Shown here: positions 27,995 to 32,000 of the stretch, in pieces | Layout of the letters: every line of letters starts with the position of its first letter | Numbering within the stretch: position 1 is the stretch's first letter | Assembly: GCF_002803295.2 (NCBI RefSeq) | Contig: NZ_PGGB02000009.1 | Location: 21,318-53,317 of the forward strand | Direction of reading: 5' to 3' | Length of the DNA stretch: 32,000 nucleotides | Source: Caedibacter taeniospiralis | GTDB taxonomy: Bacteria > Pseudomonadota > Gammaproteobacteria > Francisellales > Francisellaceae | Notes under the pieces: generated by a model | Databases searched by the model: none | What the model was told of the DNA's origin: nothing | What the model saw: only the letters and a program-made list of their open reading frames with translations | Made by a program: the position numbers and the translations under genes

Positions 27995-28559
27995 TATTCA
28001 ATTAAGTCAACGTCAATTAGGAACACTTGAAAAGTTGGTTTTAAACGGTGAGGTATCAAGGTTTGAGTTAAACCGTTATGTGGGATTATACACACCTGAA
28101 ACTATAAGACAATTACGTAACAAGGGAGGTGTTATCCATATGGTTAGAAAACCACACATTGACCGGTATGGGGTGAAGGGTTACACGGGGTTTTACAGCC
28201 TGGATAAAAGCCAGAAAGATGGTGCTAGTAACCAAATGCGAGGGGATGAAGTGATGTTTAATCATAGCTTTAAGCAAAAAATAAAAGGAAACCACGTTGG
28301 TGATTCCCTGTTTACTTCGCTCCCCACAAGGTTATACCGCGCCCTGTCGGGTGTGGAAACCCAGGCAGAAGGGCGCAATCATGCGTTAAATGGTGTCAAT
28401 ATATTTACATTATGGCCTCTTTTGTTTTTCCGAGTTGTCGGGTGGTGGCGTAAATACAAGACCCGTAAGGGGAATACCGTCGACCCTTCTTTGTTAAGGT
28501 TACCAACCCCCTGGCTTATTCTGGTAAAAACACGGGAGTCAAATCATGTCACTCAGTAA
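27981..28559 (+). CDS. phage protein with N-terminal winged-helix (HTH_39-like) domain
   Basis: aa 8-75 (LSQRQLGTLEKLVLNGEVSRFELNRYVGLYTPETIRQLRNKGGVIHMV...GYTGFYSL) fit the HTH_39 pattern. The W/R-rich C-terminal half is unusual and may be degenerate. Confidence 0.5.
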   Translation: MLSNDIQLSQRQLGTLEKLVLNGEVSRFELNRYVGLYTPETIRQLRNKGGVIHMVRKPHIDRYGVKGYTGFYSLDKSQKDGASNQMRGDEVMFNHSFKQKIKGNHVGDSLFTSLPTRLYRALSGVETQAEGRNHALNGVNIFTLWPLLFFRVVGWWRKYKTRKGNTVDPSLLRLPTPWLILVKTRESNHVTQ

Positions 28560-29463
28560 GAAATACTTTTATCTCAAGCTTAAGGATAACTTTTTTGACC
28601 GAGAAGAAATTCGCGTCATTCAAGGCTTAGAAAATGGTGATACATACGTTTGCATTATTTTGGAAATGTATTTGAGAAGCCTCAAACGCAATGGTATTTT
28701 AATGATGTCAGAGCGAATTCCCTACAGCATTAGGACGCTATCAAGTGTGTTAAAACGTCGGCAAGATGAGATCAAATATGCGATCGATTTATTCAAAGAA
28801 TTTGGGTTAGTTGAGATACTGAATTCAGGGGCTATTTTCATGGCTGATATACAAGATTTTATTGGCGAATCTTCAACAGAAGCTGATCGAAAAAGAGCTT
28901 ATAGAACGAAAATTGAAGTAGAGAAAAAAGAAAGTTTTAAACACTTGGAAAACGGGACATCTGTCCAGACAAGTGTCCGAGGCGACTCAAACAAATCCGA
29001 TGAAATCGTTCAAAAAAGACCAATGTCGGACAAATGTCCTGACGTTTCTCCACCAGAGATAGAGATAGAGTTAAAGACAGAGTTAGAGTTAGAGTTAAAA
29101 GAGAAAAACGCACGCGAGGAAAACTCGCATGCTAACGCGCAAAAAACAGACACTGAAAACGCTGACAAAAATACTCGATTTAAGAAGCCAACCATTGACG
29201 AAATTCAAACTTACGTTAATCAGCAAAATTTAATCAATTTCAACACGGGACATTTTTTCGATCATTACGAATCAAATGGCTGGATGATTGGCAGAACAAA
29301 AATGAAGAGCTGGCAGCACGCTGTGTACAACTGGCATAGACGCAGCCAGGAGTTTGGTAATTGTAACGGTAGTAACGCAAAAAACCAAAGTCAATCAATG
29401 CCTCGCACAGGGCTAGATGGCAAGAGCGGTTACTACAATGATTTGGATCAAATTCCGTTTTGA
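28546..29463 (+). CDS. phage replisome organizer
   Basis: The N-terminus KKYFYLKLKDNFFDREEIRVIQGLENGDTYVCIILEMYLRSL matches the Phage_rep_org_N pattern. The C-terminal FKKPTIDEIQTYV...FFDHYESNGWMIGRTKMKSWQHAVYNW matches the conserved phage C-terminal domain often fused to it. Confidence 0.8.
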   Translation: MSLSKKYFYLKLKDNFFDREEIRVIQGLENGDTYVCIILEMYLRSLKRNGILMMSERIPYSIRTLSSVLKRRQDEIKYAIDLFKEFGLVEILNSGAIFMADIQDFIGESSTEADRKRAYRTKIEVEKKESFKHLENGTSVQTSVRGDSNKSDEIVQKRPMSDKCPDVSPPEIEIELKTELELELKEKNAREENSHANAQKTDTENADKNTRFKKPTIDEIQTYVNQQNLINFNTGHFFDHYESNGWMIGRTKMKSWQHAVYNWHRRSQEFGNCNGSNAKNQSQSMPRTGLDGKSGYYNDLDQIPF

Positions 29464-29474
29464 GGAGAGAGAAA

Positions 29475-30203
29475 ATGCAGGTTTCAAAAATACTTAAAAA
29501 CATCAGAAACAACTCAGAAAGCAAGGCGACTGAATTATGCGAGAAACACAAGGTTGAATTTCGCTTTAAGTGTCCAACGTGTGTTAAGGAGCATGAGGCT
29601 GATAAGTTGCATGAGGCAAAGCTTGAAAAGCGAATCAAGGACAGTGGATTAGCCAAAAGGCAGTTACAGGCAAACTTTGCAAATTTTAAATCAAGTCAAG
29701 CACTTGAGCAGTGCGAAGCATGTCAAAGTTTTGCGGACAACTGGGAACAGGTATTCACTCATGGTCAATCCATGCTGATGATTGGCGGTGTTGGCACAGG
29801 GAAAACGCATTTAGCCAGTTCAATTGCCAATCAGGTCATGGCAAAACACTACGCGCACGTCAGGTACACAACCTTCATGATGATGACTTTCGCAATGCGT
29901 GATGCTCAAAATTTACATCCAAGCCTAACGGGGGTAATCAATCAGTTTACAAAACCAGAGCTGCTGATTATTGATGAAATTGGGGTAAAGGGGTCGACGG
30001 AGTACGAATTTAATTTACTTAACGGAATTTTAGATACTCGCTATGCCGAGTTATTGCCCACAATTCTCATCACGAATGCCAACTGGAATCAACTGGTTTC
30101 AATGATTGGATACAGGGCTATTTCACGATTTACTGAGACAGGTAAAAGTTTGAAATTTGGTAACGGGGATTACAGGAAAATTTTAGCAGGAGGTGCAGCA
30201 TGA
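29475..30203 (+). CDS. DnaC/IstB-like AAA+ helicase loader
   Basis: Walker A GGVGTGKTHL and Walker B LLIIDEIG. RBS gaggagag lies before ATG 29475. The gene sits directly after the replisome organizer. Confidence 0.85.
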   Translation: MQVSKILKNIRNNSESKATELCEKHKVEFRFKCPTCVKEHEADKLHEAKLEKRIKDSGLAKRQLQANFANFKSSQALEQCEACQSFADNWEQVFTHGQSMLMIGGVGTGKTHLASSIANQVMAKHYAHVRYTTFMMMTFAMRDAQNLHPSLTGVINQFTKPELLIIDEIGVKGSTEYEFNLLNGILDTRYAELLPTILITNANWNQLVSMIGYRAISRFTETGKSLKFGNGDYRKILAGGAA

Positions 30204-30553
30204 GCTTTGAAAATAGTTTTAGAGAATTAATTGCCGCTGAGATTATGCCGCTGAGTCAAAAGCTCGCGCGTCAGAATCAATTGATTGAGTTGATGGCTGA
30301 CAAGTTACAAAGGCTGGAAACCGCTAGAGGGACCACAGGTCTCAAAAAAGAACTTTTATCTCTGCGTGATGTTGAGAAGATTATCGGGCGCAAGCAGTGT
30401 TGGATTTATAAGCAAATGAACGCCAAAGAATTTCCTGCAAATTTATCCATGGGGAGCCGTGTTTTTTGGAAGCGTGAAGATATTGAGCGTTTTGTTGAGA
30501 TGACAAAAAGTGGCGAAGTTTATCAAGCCAGCAATCGAACTACGGAGGACTGA
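30200..30553 (+). CDS. AlpA/MerR-type HTH protein with N-terminal coiled coil
   Basis: The C-terminal LSLRDVEKIIGRKQCWIYKQMNAKEFPANLSMGSRVFWKREDIERFV repeats the AlpA-like pattern. An ATGA overlap with the upstream stop indicates translational coupling. Confidence 0.6.
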   Translation: MSFENSFRELIAAEIMPLSQKLARQNQLIELMADKLQRLETARGTTGLKKELLSLRDVEKIIGRKQCWIYKQMNAKEFPANLSMGSRVFWKREDIERFVEMTKSGEVYQASNRTTED

Positions 30554-30556
30554 ATC

Positions 30557-30763
30557 ATGAAAACAACTAACGAAATGTTGAAATATCGCACGCAGCGATT
30601 GATTCAGATGGATAAAGAAGAAATTGCAAACGATAAAAACGCAAATAAAGGCGATTTTAGTGACTTTTTAAAAAAGATAAACACAAAACATTACCGCAAT
30701 GACATTCGTTTAATTTTACCCTATTTACGACGCAATGCAGAGGTGTTCTGGTGTAGAAGGTAA
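30557..30763 (+). CDS. hypothetical phage protein
   Basis: 68-aa ORF with RBS ggagga 7 nt upstream. No motif recognised. Confidence 0.45.
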   Translation: MKTTNEMLKYRTQRLIQMDKEEIANDKNANKGDFSDFLKKINTKHYRNDIRLILPYLRRNAEVFWCRR

Positions 30764-31062
30764 CGAAAATGCAAAGAGCCAGGTTAGTCACATTCAGTAA
30801 GAAGTCATGTTGCACAAACTTTGATGAGTTAAGTTGGTAACATTGAACGTATAGAAGTGTGGAATACCAAACGATGAGCGTCTTGAAATCAGCACAGCAA
30901 CAGCTACTACAAAGCCAAACTTTATTAAGCATTACATTAGACGCTAATGGGGGAGGTGGGGGCTGAGTGTGTCTTCGGTGGCAAGTTTGAATTTCCATCT
31001 TTAGACGCATTTCAGGCGTGGATTGATAACGAGGGCAATTTATTCATTTAACATTTGAGGGT

Positions 31063-31824
31063 ATGAGTGAGGGAGTGAGGGGAGTGAATCAAGAAATACA
31101 AACAGCCAATAATCAGGTGCCCATGGTCACCGATGAGCAAATCGGTAAGTATCTGGAGTCAATGGGGAATAACCTCAATCCCGTGCATAGAACACAGTTT
31201 ATTGAGCTTGCCAAGGCGTTTAATTTGAATCCATTTTTAAGGCAAATCCATGGCATTGCCTACGGTGATAAGTTTAACATCGTTGTGGGTTATGAGGTTT
31301 ATATTCAACGCGCTGAGCGCAGTGGTCAACTCGCAGGTTGGAAAGCCTGGACAGACGGAAAAGCGCCAGATTTAAAAGCCTGTATCGAAATTAAGCGCAA
31401 GAACTGGGTAGAAGCGTTTTATCACGAGGTTTATTTTGATGAGTATGTGCAAAACAATCCAATGTGGAAATCTAAGCCGCGCACCATGCTTAAAAAAGTC
31501 GCGATTGCCCAAGGGTTTAGAATGGCGTTTAGCCTGGAGTTAGGCGGAATCCCCTACACGCAGGACGAGTTGCCATCGAGCGAACCCATAGATGTCACCG
31601 CAAAGCAGGAGCGCTCAAAAAAAGGACCAGCACACCCAGTGGTAAACAAACTGTTATTTAAAATCCAGGAGGCAGGGCTGGATGCTAAGGATTTTGCCAA
31701 ATTTGCGCAGTTTAAATCGGAGGATTTAGAGAGCTGTCAACATGCGTTAAATAACTTGATGGACTTAGTTAAAGCTTACAAAGAATCAAAGCAAGAAAAA
31801 GCAAGAAAAAGCAAGAAAGGGTAA
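31063..31824 (+). CDS. recT: RecT-family single-strand annealing recombinase
   Basis: FIELAKAFNLNPFLRQIHGIAYGDKFNIVVGYEVYIQRAERSG and NPMWKSKPRTMLKKVAIAQGFRMAF fit the RecT family pattern. Confidence 0.75.
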   Translation: MSEGVRGVNQEIQTANNQVPMVTDEQIGKYLESMGNNLNPVHRTQFIELAKAFNLNPFLRQIHGIAYGDKFNIVVGYEVYIQRAERSGQLAGWKAWTDGKAPDLKACIEIKRKNWVEAFYHEVYFDEYVQNNPMWKSKPRTMLKKVAIAQGFRMAFSLELGGIPYTQDELPSSEPIDVTAKQERSKKGPAHPVVNKLLFKIQEAGLDAKDFAKFAQFKSEDLESCQHALNNLMDLVKAYKESKQEKARKSKKG

Positions 31825-31830
31825 TTGACC

Positions 31831-31944
31831 ATGAAGCTTTATGATATTAATCAGGAAATTATGCAGGTTATCTGCGAAGCGGTTGACGTTGAAACAGGCG
31901 AAGTGATCGCTGAGCTTGATACCGACGCTGCGAGCCATGGATAG
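31831..31944 (+). pseudogene. Gp157-like phage gene truncated after ~32 codons by the 75-bp repeat
   Basis: MKLYDINQEIMQVICEAVDVETGEVIAELDTD resembles the N-terminus of Sipho_Gp157-type proteins, which usually sit next to recT/erf. From 31926 the sequence is the repeat, and the frame stops at TAG 31942-31944. Confidence 0.5.
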
Positions 31945-32000
31945 CGGAACGCGAGGGCGAGTAGACCCGGGTAGCCTTGCGCTGTTGATCAGCAAGCGAC
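31926..32000 (-). repeat. 75-bp segment, copy R (inverted relative to 569-643); cut by the window end
   Basis: Exact reverse complement of 569-643. Identity starts at cgctgcgagccatgg and runs to the last base of the window. Confidence 0.95.

Larger units (their letters stand above)
25070..32000 (+). mobile_element. prophage-like integrative island, left portion (continues past the window end)
   Basis: A tRNA-fragment boundary is followed by a uniformly + stranded set of phage early genes (AlpA, AntA remnant, replisome organizer, DnaC-like, RecT, Gp157-like). No integrase or structural genes lie inside the window. Confidence 0.75.

Noticed and set aside
30657-31010. Minus-strand ORF of 117 aa
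   Set aside because: It has a C/H/L-rich implausible composition and a PPPPP stretch derived from the G-tract. It runs antisense to an otherwise uniformly + stranded operon and overlaps ORF 30557-30763.
31791-31820. Three tandem 10-bp units (gcaagaaaaa x2, gcaagaaagg) at the recT 3' end as a phase-variation tract
   Set aside because: There are only three copies, they encode a Lys-rich tail within 11 codons of the stop, and a frame change would barely alter the protein.
31786-31995. Minus-strand ORF of 69 aa (MLINSARLPGSTRPRVPLSMARS...)
   Set aside because: Its N-terminal half is a translation of the 75-bp repeat, and the same peptide appears in the + strand ORF 430-705. The rest is antisense to the Gp157-like ORF and the recT 3' end.

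Overview
AT-rich gammaproteobacterial chromosome segment. Gene content, gene order and an ATTCCCGCGAAGGCGGGAAT-type palindromic repeat suggest a Legionellales-like organism, but the taxon is inference only. The window has three zones. (1) nt 1-4600 looks accessory. It holds a GC-rich composite repeat (two identical 151-bp tandem units plus a 75-bp terminal segment, 268-643), two orphan ORFs, a secreted coiled-coil protein built from three 150-bp in-frame repeats, and a GC-richer orphan lipoprotein. (2) nt 4600-25060 is a conserved housekeeping block: proS, an Sfp-type PPTase, tsaC, a bitopic coiled-coil membrane protein, lpxC, a DsbG/C-like oxidoreductase, anmK-ampG, an SDR, ridA, queG, tRNA-Ser(UGA), rplM-rpsI, sspA-sspB, hemF, clpS-clpA, prfB (classic +1 frameshift) and lysS. 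In the convergent ridA/queG gap there is a strongly strand-biased GGA-rich tract of about 190 nt, which I call a candidate CsrA/RsmA-titrating sRNA. (3) nt 25070-32000 is the left part of a prophage-like island. Its left edge is a 19-nt fossil of a tRNA-Glu 3' end. Next comes a small orphan cargo module with three related 14-16-bp palindromic operator-like sites, then an early/replication-recombination module: AlpA, a decayed AntA-like pseudogene, a winged-helix protein, a replisome organizer, a DnaC-like loader, a second AlpA-like protein and RecT. The 75-bp segment from zone 1 recurs as an exact inverted copy at 31926-32000, where it truncates a Gp157-like phage gene. This is the best evidence in the window for an uncharacterised mobile or repeat element. 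No rRNA, CRISPR array, transposase or integrase gene is visible in the window. All domain assignments come from motif recognition by eye, with no searches run.
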